NCBI GenBank assembly: GCA_002269645.1 | Contig: NIVC01002320.1 | Span: 1 to 64,000, forward strand | DNA: 64,000 nt | Direction of reading: 5' to 3' | Source: Macrostomum lignano | Lineage: Eukaryota | Shown here: piece by piece, positions 49,001 to 60,323 of the stretch | How positions within the stretch are numbered: the stretch's first letter is position 1 | Layout of the letters: every line of letters begins with the position of its first letter | Position numbers and translations under genes: made by a program | Notes under the pieces: generated by a model | The model's database searches: none | The model's input: only the letters and a program-made list of their open reading frames with translations | What the model was told of the DNA's origin: nothing

Positions 49001-52000
49001 AGTGATGCTGGTTTCTGGCTCACAGGTGAGTCTTTGATTTGGGAGTGATGCTGGTTTCTGGCTCACAGGTGAGTCTTTGATTTGGGAGTGATGCTGGTTT
49101 CTGGCTCACATGTGAGTCTTTGATTTGGGAGTGATGCTGGTTTCTGGCTCACAGGTGAGTCTTTGATTTGGGAGTGATGTTGGTTTCTGGCTCACATGTG
49201 AGTCTTCGATTTGGGAGTGATGCTGGTTTCTGGCTCACAGGTGAGTCTTTGATTTGGGATGATGCTGGTTTCTGGCTCACAGGTGAGTCTTTGATTTGGG
49301 AGTGATGCTGGTTTCTGGCTCACAGGTGAGTCTTTGATTTGGGATGATGCTGGTTTCTGGCTCACAGGTGAGTCTTTGATTTGGGAGTGATGCTGCAGTC
49401 TCGGTGTTTCATAATAATCACTATTCTCGTTCCAGGTAGACCTGCATAAGCTGAAGCATTCCATGTTTGACAGCACCTTCAACGTCACTGTTGATAGGTC
49501 AATGAACCGAGCCAACTTGAGCTGTGTTTTGACTCAACCTGGACTTCCATCTTCAACGGAGCAGAGGTTCACCCAATTGATCACAGTTTTTTGTAAGTTT
49601 ACAGTATCCATTTTCATAGGGTTCATAAAGAGGTATACAATTTGTAAATGCGTGCGTATTTTTTGAGCCAATGGAGACATTTCCTGTCGCTTCGGAGGCT
49701 CTGACTTGAAGCACTTTTTAAATCATAGACTGAAAAATAATATCGACCCAACAATCTCACAGATCAGCCTCAGCCTCCACTCACCATCGACTTGGCTCAG
49801 ACTGTCTACGAAGGCACCGACGTCACCTTCACGGTGCGGTCGGGCGCTGGAAACCCCAATGTCACCCACAGATGCCACGTGTACAACGGAGAAATTGTGA
49901 GCGCAATATTTGCTCATCAAATCACCTGACTTGCAGCTGTGATTTAACACAGAGTTGATCATTCCAGGAAGTTCAATACAGCATGAAATTCGAGTCGGGG
50001 TACTTGACAACGGTGAACTATGCACCCAACAGTCATGACACATTTGTGAGCTGCACGGCCGAGCAGAAGCACCGCTCTGAAGTTGTGTTCACCAGCAGCA
50101 TCAGAAGGAACATCACCGTCAATTGTGAGAAATCCAATGCCATTTTATTAGTATGCAGCCTGGCATTTACTTGAAAACCGGAGTATCCACTTTGACTTCA
50201 GACCTTGCTCGCAACTCCATGGACATCAGTCCGACAGACGGAGTTCTTGCTGGAGATCGAGTCGAAGTGACGCTCAGATCTTCTGGTGGCCGGCCTGCCG
50301 TCACGCGGCATGAGTGTTCGCTTGGAGACTCTGAGCTGGCTATGGAAAACGTATGCTTTTTATCACCTGAGTGCTTTTGAATTGACTGTAAACCTTCTTC
50401 AGGCATCCTAAATGATCAATTTGAGAATCTGTCTACAGGTAACAAGGCGTCTCACCGAAGTGAAGTTCACGTTTCGTGCATCGAAAGAGCACGACGGCAA
50501 GGTGCTCGCCTGCAAATTCGTCCAGGATGAGCGAATGTTTGAGTGGAAGAAAACCAATCTCAGCGTTTTCTGTAGGAGAAAATGAACCAATATTTTTCAC
50601 GTCTTTTCGCTTTTTGTTTGCGAATGCATGTACACTTCACATTCACTTTTCGTACCTTTAGACAAAGCGGCTGTCGACTCTGAGGTGCAAACCTTAAAGA
50701 GAAAAGTCAGGTGGAATACGACAGTCCAGTTCAGCATCTCCTACTCTGATGTGGGAAACCCGTCCGCCAAGCACTTCTGCCGCATCGGCTCTCGGCCACT
50801 CACCGATGCTGAGGTGCGAAAATGCTGACCCACATTTTTGTCTGCTTTATGTAAGGGACTGGGTAGTTGATATTGTAATGGGAAACATCTGGTCAAAATA
50901 CATTTCAGTCGGTTTCGGCATCACAAAGATTGTCGCGTTGGAAGTTCAAGGCTCAAGTCGGAGACAACGGTCAGAAGATCGTCTGCCAGGTGGTGCAAAA
51001 TGATCGACATGGCGGCCGAGTCTTTAACCAAACAGTTGCCAGCCAGACTCTGGATGTGCTCTGTAAAGATTTTGTTTATCAGTTGTATTTATTGCTTCAA
51101 TAGAGCTATTTATATTTATTCCAGTATATTGAACCACTTTGACTGTCACAACATTGTTTTCTTAATCTCTATCTTTTCAGACCCAGTCAGCTACTCAGGA
51201 TTTCTATCCCAGCCACCGTCGGTGACGGAGGGCGATCCCTTGGTTATTTCTTTCTTTTCAACTGGAGGAAACCCCGAGCCTCGTCACCGATGCTGGCTGC
51301 GGACACCTGAAGGTCGAATGGACGCAGTCGCTCCAACAGAGGCGAGGACAGATGTGGATCTCGTGACGAACTTCAGTTGGACTTCCGTAAAGCAGATGAA
51401 TGGAGGATCCGTGGTTTGCCGCGTCTCTCAGATGGGCCTCGAGGACCTGGACAAGGCGTTCTCCCAGAACATTACTGTTTTCTGTGAGTTCTCTGTCGCG
51501 ACTGCTGCAATTTTTATATCAATATAAAATCTAATAAAAAACGTTCGTTTTTCCGTTCCAGTCCGATCGGAGGTGGATCTGACCGGCTCAAGGATTTCAG
51601 GATCCACAGTGCTCGTCAGCGTCAATGTGACAGACGGAAACCCGACACCGCTGGTGAACTGCTCGCTGCTCTCAAGCTCTGGAACTCGACATGTGGGTTC
51701 TCAGTGTGCACAGTTGCTCCGCTTCTACGAGCTATTTCCATTGAGTAGCTTTAATGCCGCCGAACCCGTCATTTTAGGAGCTGTCCAGGAAGGACTCGGC
51801 AATGCTAAGAGTCGGACTGCATGAGATGGAAGTCGATCTGTTTTCAAGAGAGCAGCCTCAGTCAGCCAACGTCACGTGTTCTGTGAAGCAAGACTATGCG
51901 GGTTTCAAAAGCAGCAGCCTTGTCTTCTTGGCACTCAAAGCTGACGAGAGTTTTCAAGCTAGCGACCAAGAAAGTGAGCAGTTCTGTGTAGTCCAGCTTA

Positions 52001-52603
52001 GCTGCATTACTAAACTATTGTCTTTTAAGTTAATCGTATTGTAATGTCTTATCATATTGCTACTATTGTATTATCGCTACAAAAACTGATCAATGCAGAC
52101 CATGGGAGCCTCAGCTGGAATCAAATGTTCCAAATTCTCTGTCTGTGCGCAGTGGTTGCCGTCGCTATCTTTCTTTCTCTGCCTGCCACAGTCTACGTCT
52201 GGAGGCGAACTGCATCGCCTCCGTTAGGAATTCAGTGGCAGCACAGAGCAACCACAGACAGGAGATCAGCTGACGTACCTCTGGTCCCTGTGACTGCTGC
52301 TGAGCGAGATCCCAATGTATAATTATTGCATTTCAGTATTGCTTGCTCAATTTGCTGTTTAATCTGTGAATGAAGCTGACAATCTGCGGCACTTTTTAGA
52401 CCGTCTACTACTACGAGGAGAACCCGACACTTCCGGATCGGCCTCCGAGCGTTGAGGAGACGGACGCGAATGTGAGTCTACTGTCTGAATCTTTGCCAGA
52501 TGCTCTCAGTGCATGCAGGATTCAGTTCCGTTAATTGCAGATGGCGAACTGTTCTGAGGAGGAGCAGACGGCTCAGGGAGCTGTCGAATTCTACGTGCAG
52601 TGA
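43035..52603 (+). CDS. F-type-lectin/10xIg transmembrane receptor, copy 4 (open, 1302 aa by exon sum; 14-aa deletion in Ig1)
   Basis: Exons 43035-43092, 43171-43392, 43461-43676, 44543-44739, 44894-44984, 45245-45453, 45526-45697, 45806-45966, 46288-46420, 46503-46651, 46731-46878, 46949-47082, 49436-49592, 49763-49896, 49968-50124, 50202-50350, 50439-50571, 50662-50813, 50909-51062, 51181-51483, 51562-51692, 51778-51973, 52099-52316, 52400-52471, 52541-52603. Sum is 3909 nt, phases are consistent, and there is no stop. Confidence 0.8.
43677..44355 (+). repeat. Expanded 10-bp repeat with variants, intron 3, copy 4 (>60 units)
   Basis: (GTGCAAATAG)n with interspersed GATTAGGAG and ATAGAAG variants. 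Confidence 0.95.
45103..45222 (+). repeat. 29-bp minisatellite, intron 5, copy 4 (~4 units)
   Basis: Directly visible. Confidence 0.9.
47065..49392 (+). repeat. Expanded 42/43-bp splice-donor minisatellite, intron 12, copy 4 (~54 units)
   Basis: About 2.3 kb of the same unit; mostly the 43-bp GGGAGTGATG variant. Confidence 0.95.
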
Positions 52604-54864
52604 AAGTGATTTGCAAGTTGGAGTTTCACTGCTCAGACTCTGCTTTGGAGAAACCAAAACTGCAGATACGAGAGAGAGTATTGGCTGACTGAGCTTGCTT
52701 ATATAGGCTCATTGCATGCTTCCCATGTTTCTGTGTATAAGACTGGCAATGCTTGTCAGACACTAAGTAGCGATATCAAAGAAATATTTTTATTTTCTTT
52801 TCTGTCTTGCTGAATAATATTTTAAAACAATAACTCGATTAACTTGAGAATCAAAGATGCCTTGATTGGATCAGTGCCGTCAGTGTTGTGTATGAGGGTG
52901 ACAATGCTTGTCAGGCACTATGTACGAGGAGTGTTATGTACGAGAAATTTTCCGGACTGTGTTTACTGTGAACGACATGAATTCCCACAACTCCTTGCAC
53001 AGCTGCTCTAATGAATGAAAAAGCTGCAAAATGATTCGAACTTGTGAGCAAAACTTTTTACAATTTATAACAGGTTACACATGGGCTTTGTTATAACGAT
53101 TGGGAAATTCAAATTTATCACTGGCTGTCACCGTCTTACTTCTTGCGGGGGGGCTCAGACGCCGCGGTTAGGCCGCAAGGCCCCTTTCGCACGCTATCAC
53201 CGTCACTGTCGCCATTTTCCCCTGCCGTTGACATGCCAGGATGAAGTGCCGTTGGCTCTCCTTTGATCCATCGTTCGAAGCATTTTTGCTCCGTGCATTG
53301 CTTTGTTTGAGTGACCGAAAAATCAACAGCTTAAAAGTACAAGTTGCTCTGTGGCTCGCATTCCCTGTGATATTCCATCAGCAGGTTGTCTGTGGAAAAT
53401 GTTTTCAAATCGTTTTATAAAAGCCAGGCATGATTTTGCTCAGCATGTAGAATCGCTCACAGTTTGCTCACAGTTTGCTCAGCATCGCTCACAGTTTGCT
53501 CACAGTTTGCTCAGCATCGCTCACAGTTTGCTCAGCATGTAGAATCGCTCACAGTTTTACCAGTCAACAGAGCGCTGTGCAAGGAGTTGTGGGTAAAGTT
53601 TAGTTTATTCGGACATTGCTGTCGTTCACTGTAAACAGAGTCCGGAAACTTTTGCAACCCCTCAAAGCGTTCAGGATATTTGCAGAGATTGCATAGACAA
53701 GAGTGATCTTGATTGTCGTCTTCTTGTCTAATAAAGATATTATTATTGTAACAGTAAATCGATTAGCTCCAGGCTTATTAGAGCCGCCAAATTGGTAAAA
53801 GAGTACCAATACCAAGTACCAGTACCAAAGTAACTCTGATTCGCATAACTTTTTGTTTTCGGAGAAACGACCGTCAAGCGATAATTTGCGATCCTCTGGT
53901 CTGCCTTGCCTGGTAGTCGGGATTGAAGCTTTATTTCGGCCTGACTCAATGAGACAATGCCTGCCGCATCATTGAGAATAAAATCGAGTTGATGTCTGGC
54001 AGAAGGAATCAAATCGCTTTTATAAGCCTTGGATTTCTTTTTGCAGCCATTGGTGAAGATGAATATCATTGAAATAATCTTTTTTACACTGCGATATGTT
54101 TTCCCAGTGCATATTGTTTACATTTTATTCCTGTTTTAAGACTGTCTGACCCACAGCATCAGCTCACTACTTACAATGCTGCCTTTGTTTGCGGTATTGG
54201 GTTAATTATTAAATTGCATTATATTGTTAACAGGGCCAGTAAAAATTCAGCATGTGATCTACTGACCCATTACTTTATTAGTCACTCAAGAGCTGTACTT
54301 CAGTGTTTATCTCTTGCCAAGTGGATCTTGTGTTTGGCATAGGCATAAACTTATGTTGCAGATGCGAGATTCTGCACCACCTCATATTATTTGCTGTAGC
54401 CGCTCGAAAACACCGTTTTATCAGATTATACACTGCCACACCAACGCATTGGCATTGAAGCAGTGTCAGCCTAGTAAACTTCTTAATGTAAGAAATATTT
54501 GGAGTGAACTCTATTTTTAAACCTTTCTTCGCGGTTCGACTGACTTGAATAGTTGATCATTGAAATCCTTCTGCAGGATTCTCAGTTATGAATTTACTGG
54601 TAACTTACCCGTACCAGCTAGCGTAGCTATTAAATTTCTAAATATAGTAAACATTTCAGCTCGGATTTTCAACGATTATCTTAGAAAGTTGGATTTTTTC
54701 CATAAGCGTAATCATAATTTTTCAGCACACCCCTGTGAGCCAACCAGTAGTGCGCCTCAGTGCGGCTTTGGCTGCATCTCTGACTTCGGTGCCCACTGGC
54801 CTTCAGCTTGTGGACCTTCAACTGTTAGTTGAAGTTAAACAGAATTCTTTCTGATGTGTTTAGG

Positions 54865-54919
<55 letters not shown>

Positions 54920-55772
54920 TGTGTGTTTTAGCCCTCAGGGCGGTCCGGGACCGCTGCTCTGACTGGGCAACAGGAAGCCCAGCAGACCAATGACGTCCTT
55001 GGGACGAGTCCAGAGGTCTATCGGAGAAAGATTGGTAGGGTACGCAGGGCAGTTGAAGAGATGTTCGACTGTTTCGTCGGCTGCGTTGCACCTAGCGCAG
55101 GTAGGGGCGATGTTAGGATCCAGCTTGGCCTTGTAGGTCGCAAGGAGCGTGCAGTGCCCCGACCGAAGCTGGGTGAGCGTCGTGCGAAAAGGTCCTGCTC
55201 AGCAGGGACTCGGAAATGTCGATGGCGGGAGCCGGCTGATTGATGACAATGTTATTGGTGCGGTTGCTGAGGTAGGTCTGGACGCAGGCGGAATGGATAA
55301 CCTTGATGAGCCTGGTTGGCGGAAGAGGATCGGCAGAGATGGCGTTAATGACAGGTTGATGATTGATGAGGAAGCTGGTGGCATGAGAGCGGAGAGAATT
55401 GCGGAGCTGACGATGGGCAGCCGGTTCGGTGGTGATGTATTTGGGAAGTCGTGTTTTAGATCGTTGGCTCGTTACTCGTATATTTGTTGAAATAAAGCAA
55501 GAGCTTGTCAATCGTTTCGCGCTTGTTCCGATCTCTCTTGCCGCTCAAACGCAGTTTATTAATTGTGGGCCTGTAAGCCAAGCATTTACCCATAAACTAA
55601 TACGTGGCTGCTCTCAGCCACACATCACTTTCCAATTGCTAGTAGGACAAAAAACCAAAGACGGAACTAAATGACTAACAAATATCAGATTAGCAGCAGG
55701 CAGACAGTAATTCAAGGACTACTTAAGTAGATAGATGCAACACTCGAAATCTATAGCAATTTTTGTCCGATA
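52604..55772. repeat. Spacer B', paralogous to spacer B (24634-31597) minus the 3.8-kb TIR element
   Basis: Colinear identity to 24634-25172 and 28973-30530; homology stops at gtccgatat just before the Helitron array. Confidence 0.85.
54867..55500 (-). mobile_element. 5'-truncated non-LTR retrotransposon (LINE) 3' end with (CA)n tail
   Basis: Minus strand (one frameshift near 55185): ..IHSACVQTYLSNRTNNIVINQPAPAIDISESLLSR / TTLTQLRSGHCTLLATYKAKLDPNIAPTCARCNAADETVEHLFNCPAYPTNLSPIDLWTRP..PP* (CCHC knuckle typical of LINE ORF2 C-termini). Stop at 54935-54937, then (TG)n on plus at 54867-54926. Absent from spacer B. Confidence 0.85.
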
Positions 55773-55782
55773 TATATATAGA

Positions 55783-58398
55783 CGAGTGGAACTCCTCCTT
55801 CGGAGGAGAAAGGGGAAGAACTCCCATCACCGGAATTCCATTCCCTGAAATATCCATCAACTGAAATTCCATTCCCTGAAATATCCATCAACTGAAATTC
55901 CATGTCTTGAACCCTATCTTCCAAATCGTCTCCAAATTCTTTACAAACCTTTCAAAGACAATAGCTCAAAGACTCTTACGTCTCTCATATTTCCTCTCTC
56001 CTCTCTTCGCTATTATCGTGACTCTCTTCTCTCTCCTCTCTCTCATCTCATCTCTACCCCTACTCTCTTTTTAATCTCTACTCCCTTATTTATCTCTTCT
56101 CCCCCTTGTCTTTCGTCTGTACCCTCTCCTGTCTACTCTCCTATCTTCTCTCTTATCTCTCCTCTCTCATATCTCATCTCTACTCACTTATCTATCGTCT
56201 CCGCTCGACTTTCTCTCTTCCCTTTTCTCTATTCTCTCTGCTCTCATTTCTCGTATCTCTTATACGCTCTCACACTCTCCGTTCTTATCTCCCATCTTTC
56301 TTCCCTCCTTTCTACTGCATCACCTGTCTCCTCTCCTCTCTTTTCTCTCCTCTCCATTCTCTCTTCTCTCCTCTTATCTCCCCTGATCTCTTCTCTAATC
56401 TCGAATCTCTTCTCTCTTTTTTTCTCACTCATCTCTTTTCTCATTTAATCTCTCATCTCTCCTCTCTCTCCTCACATCTGTACTATCTTATTTATCTCTT
56501 CTCCCAGGTCTTTCAAATTTACTCTCTCCTGTCTCCTCTCTCCCCTCGTCTTTCCTCTCTCATATCTCTTCTCTTCTCACTTATCTATTCTCTCTCCTCT
56601 GCCCCCCTTTTACAATTTCCTATATGCTCTCACTCTCACTCTCTCCTTTCTTATCTGCTGTTTTTTACACTCCTTTCTACCACCTGTCTCCTCTCGTTTC
56701 TTTCCTCTCTGCACTCTCATCTTTACCCTCTTCTTTCTCCACACTACTTTCTTCTCTTACATCTCTGATCTCTGATCTTTCATCTCTCTCCTCTCACCTC
56801 TCACCTCTCTCCTCTCTTTCCTCTCTTCTATTGCCTCTGTACGCTCTTATCCCTCCTTTCTTCTCTCTCCTGTCTCCTCTCTGCTATCTCATATCTCCTC
56901 TCTCATATCCTCTCCCTTCATCTCCTCTCTCATCTTCTCTTCTCTCTCCTTCGTTCCCGCCTTACTCCCCTTTTCTCTCCCATCTGTCATGTCTAATCTC
57001 TCCACTCATTTCTACTCTGTTTTCTATCATCTCATCTCTCTTCTCTTTTCATTCTTCTCTTTACTCTCTTCTCTTTTCATTCTTCTCTTTACTCTCTTCT
57101 CTGACTGATTGAAGATGTCAAATCCATCAAGATCCTCTCCGCGAAGCAGAAATCCTGTCCGTGCAACTGAAAACCATCGAAATCCTCTCCGTGAAACTGG
57201 ACTCCTTCGAAATCCTCTCCTTGAAACTTAAATCCATCAAAATCGTCTCCATAAAACAGAAATCAATCATAAACTATCTCCGCGAAACAGAAATCCTCTC
57301 CGTGAAGCTGAACATCATCGAAATCCTCTCCACGAAACAGAAATCCTCTCCGTCAAAATTAAAACATTGAAATCGTCTCCGCTAAACTGGACTTAATCGA
57401 ATTTTTTCCGTCAAACAACTCAACTCGCCAGATTCATTGGTTAGGGTTAGGGTTAGGTTAAGAACTACGCACAGCTTCATGTTACGTAAAAGGCACTGAT
57501 AAAAATATTTAACTAATTGAATCAATTCATTGCGCAACCGATTTCACAGTCAGTCAGTATCAGTCTCAGTTAAAGTTAACAAAAACATTGCGCAATTGCG
57601 CAATCTAAATCAACCCTCCAATACACAGCAGCAGTGAGAAGTTGAACCCTCCCCCCAACTTTATCTATTACGTCTCGCAAAACTGAGTACAATTTTTGCA
57701 GAAAGTTAGAAGTATGGAAATAGTTTTTTAAATGCGGTGCTTTTTCTTTTCATATTTAAAGCAAACAAATTATATCCCTAAACTCAGCGTTGCAAGATCT
57801 TTCCAGCAATATAAGTCTCTCCTCTCAAAGTTTAAAACTCAAGGAACAGTTAGCGTTTGAAATTTACCGATTTCCCGACTGCTTGCTAGAGAAGCTCGCA
57901 ATAGGCTGCCTATATAAAAAAGGCGCCAATAATAAAACCAATTGAATCTCGACACAGTATATCTGTTTACACTGTACAACTGCTATGTACACTCAGCCCA
58001 AGCCCAACCCCCCAGTCTGGGTGAATCATTAAATTGAACTTAACCCCCCAACACGCGGGGGGTTTTATTTGCATTGAACGCAGAACACGCGCACCCACCA
58101 CCCCTCAATACACAGCGGCCCGCGGGCGGAGGTTGGGGTGGCTATTTTTACAAACTGGCTGCAGCCCCAGGCAGAGTGGCCAAAGAAGGTTATTGGGGGT
58201 TAAAAAAGCAGTTTTCTGCTTTTTTAGGGATGTTAAAATGTGAAAATTAAAAATTAAAATAGCCTAAAGCCTGCTCCGGAAAATTTGCAGTTTTCCCATA
58301 TAAGTTTCAACGCTGACTTGGCAGAATTGTAGGAGTTCACTTACTACATACATACATACAGACAGACAAACATCGCGTCAGTTTTAGTATTAGGAGGA
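55783..58398 (-). mobile_element. Non-autonomous Helitron-like unit U1
   Basis: In element orientation: 5' TCCTCCTAATACTAAAA, then (GTCT/GTAT)n; 3' hairpin CTCCTCC-GAA-GGAGGAG, then CTCG|T. Contains a ~1.1-kb C/T-rich tract (plus 55980-57110), a 20-bp GAAATCCTCTCCGCGAAACA minisatellite and (TTAGGG)2-3. Confidence 0.65.
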
Positions 58399-60323
58399 CG
58401 AGGCCAACTCCTCCTCTGGAGGAGAAAGGGGAAGAACTCCCATCACCGGAATTCCATTCCCTGAAATCCATCAGCTCAAATTCCATGACTTGAATCCCAT
58501 CTTCCAAATCATCTCCAAATCCTCTGTAAAGCCATAAAACCATATCTTGTTTTCCCTGTTCGCAAAAACTGACTGCCATTGTCCAGACTCAGATTCTTCT
58601 GTCTCCTCTCTTCTCTTTTCTCTCCTCTCACGTCTCTCATCTCTACCACCTTATTTATCTCTTCTCCCTCGTCTTTCGTCTTTCTCTCCTGTCTCCTTTA
58701 TCCCCTGTTTTCTCCTCTCTCCTCTCTTCTCTCCTCTCTCATCTCTCATCCCTCATGCCTCATCTCACTATTTCTTTCTCCTCTACTCTCAGCTCCTCTC
58801 TTCTCTCTCCTCTCATCTCTCCTGTCTCCCTCTGCTATCTCATATCTTCACTCTCATCTCCTCTCTCCTCTTTTCTTTTCTCTCCCTCTTCGTTCCCGCC
58901 TTACTCCCCTCTTCTCTCCCATCTGTCATGTCTAATCTGTCCTCTCTCATCTCTACTCTCTTTTCTATAATCTCTTCTCTCTTCTCTTTTCACTCTTCTC
59001 TTTACTCTCTTTACTGACTGACTGAAGATACCAAATCCATCAAAATCCCTCCGTGAAACAGAAATCCTCTCCGCGAAACAGAAATCCTCTCCGCGAAACA
59101 GAAATCCTCTCCGCGAAACAGAAATCCTCTCCGCGAAACAGAAACCCTCTCCGTGAAACTGGACTCCTTTCGAAATCCAATCCGCGAAACAGAAATCCTC
59201 TCCGTGAAACTGGGCTCCATGGAAATCCTCTGAGTGAAACTGACATCCATCAAAATCGTCTCCGTAAAACAGAAATACATCTAGATTCTCTCCACGAAAA
59301 AGAAATCCTCTCCGTGAAACCGAAAACCATCAGAATACTCCGTGAAACTGGACTCAATCGAAATTTTCTCTGTCAAAAAGAACTTAACTCTCAGAATTCA
59401 TTGGTTAGGGTTAGGGTTAGAGCTGCACAGAGCTGCGTGTTGAATTAATTGAATCAATTAATTGCGCAAACCATTTCTCAGTCAGACAGTATCAGTCTTA
59501 TTTAAAGTTAAACAAACGGTTGCGCAATCTAAATCAACCCTCCAATACGCAGCGGCAGACCCCCTTCCAATACGCCCAACTTTATCTATTACGTCTCGCA
59601 AAACTGAGTACAATTTTTGCAGAAAGTTAGAAGTATGGAAATAGTTTTTTAAATTCTGTGCTTTTTCTTTTCATATTTAAAGCATACAACTTATATCCCC
59701 GAACTCAGCGTTGCAAGATCTTTCCAGCAATATAAGTCTCTCCTCTCAAAGTTTAAAACTCGAGGAACAGTTAGCGTTTGAAATTTACCGATTTCCCGAC
59801 TGCTTGCTAGAGAAGCTCGCAATTCATTGAATTTCACTGCCAAACTAATACACAGGGCTGCCAATAATAAAACCAAATGAATCTCGACACAGTCTATCTA
59901 TTTACACTGTACAACTGCTATGTACACTCAGCCCAAGCCCAACCCCCGTTCTGGGGGAATCATTAAATTTAACTTAACCCCCCAACACGCGGGGGGTTTT
60001 ACTTGCATTGAACCCAGAACACGCGCACCCACCACCCCTCAATACACAGCGGCCCGCGGGCGGAGGTTGGGGTGGCTATTTTTACAAACTGGCTGCAGCC
60101 CCAGGCAGAGTGGCCAAAGAAGGTTATTGGGGGGTTAAAAAGCAGTTTTCTGCTTTTTTAGGGATGTTAAAATGTGAAAATTTAAAATTAAAATAGCCTA
60201 AAGCCTGCTCCGGAAAATTTGCAGTTTTCCCATATAAGTTTCGACGCTGACTTGGCAGTATTGTAGGAGTTCACTTACAACATACATACACACAAACAAC
60301 GCACCAGTTTTAGTATTAAGAGA
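58399..60323 (-). mobile_element. Non-autonomous Helitron-like unit U2
   Basis: Head-to-tail junction with U1 reads CTCG|TC in element orientation; same modules as U1 with a shorter CT tract (58590-59015). Confidence 0.65.

Noticed and set aside
53440-53545. Short GCTCACAGTTT tandem duplication as a functional element
   Set aside because: Present only in spacer B'; looks like local slippage with no further structure.
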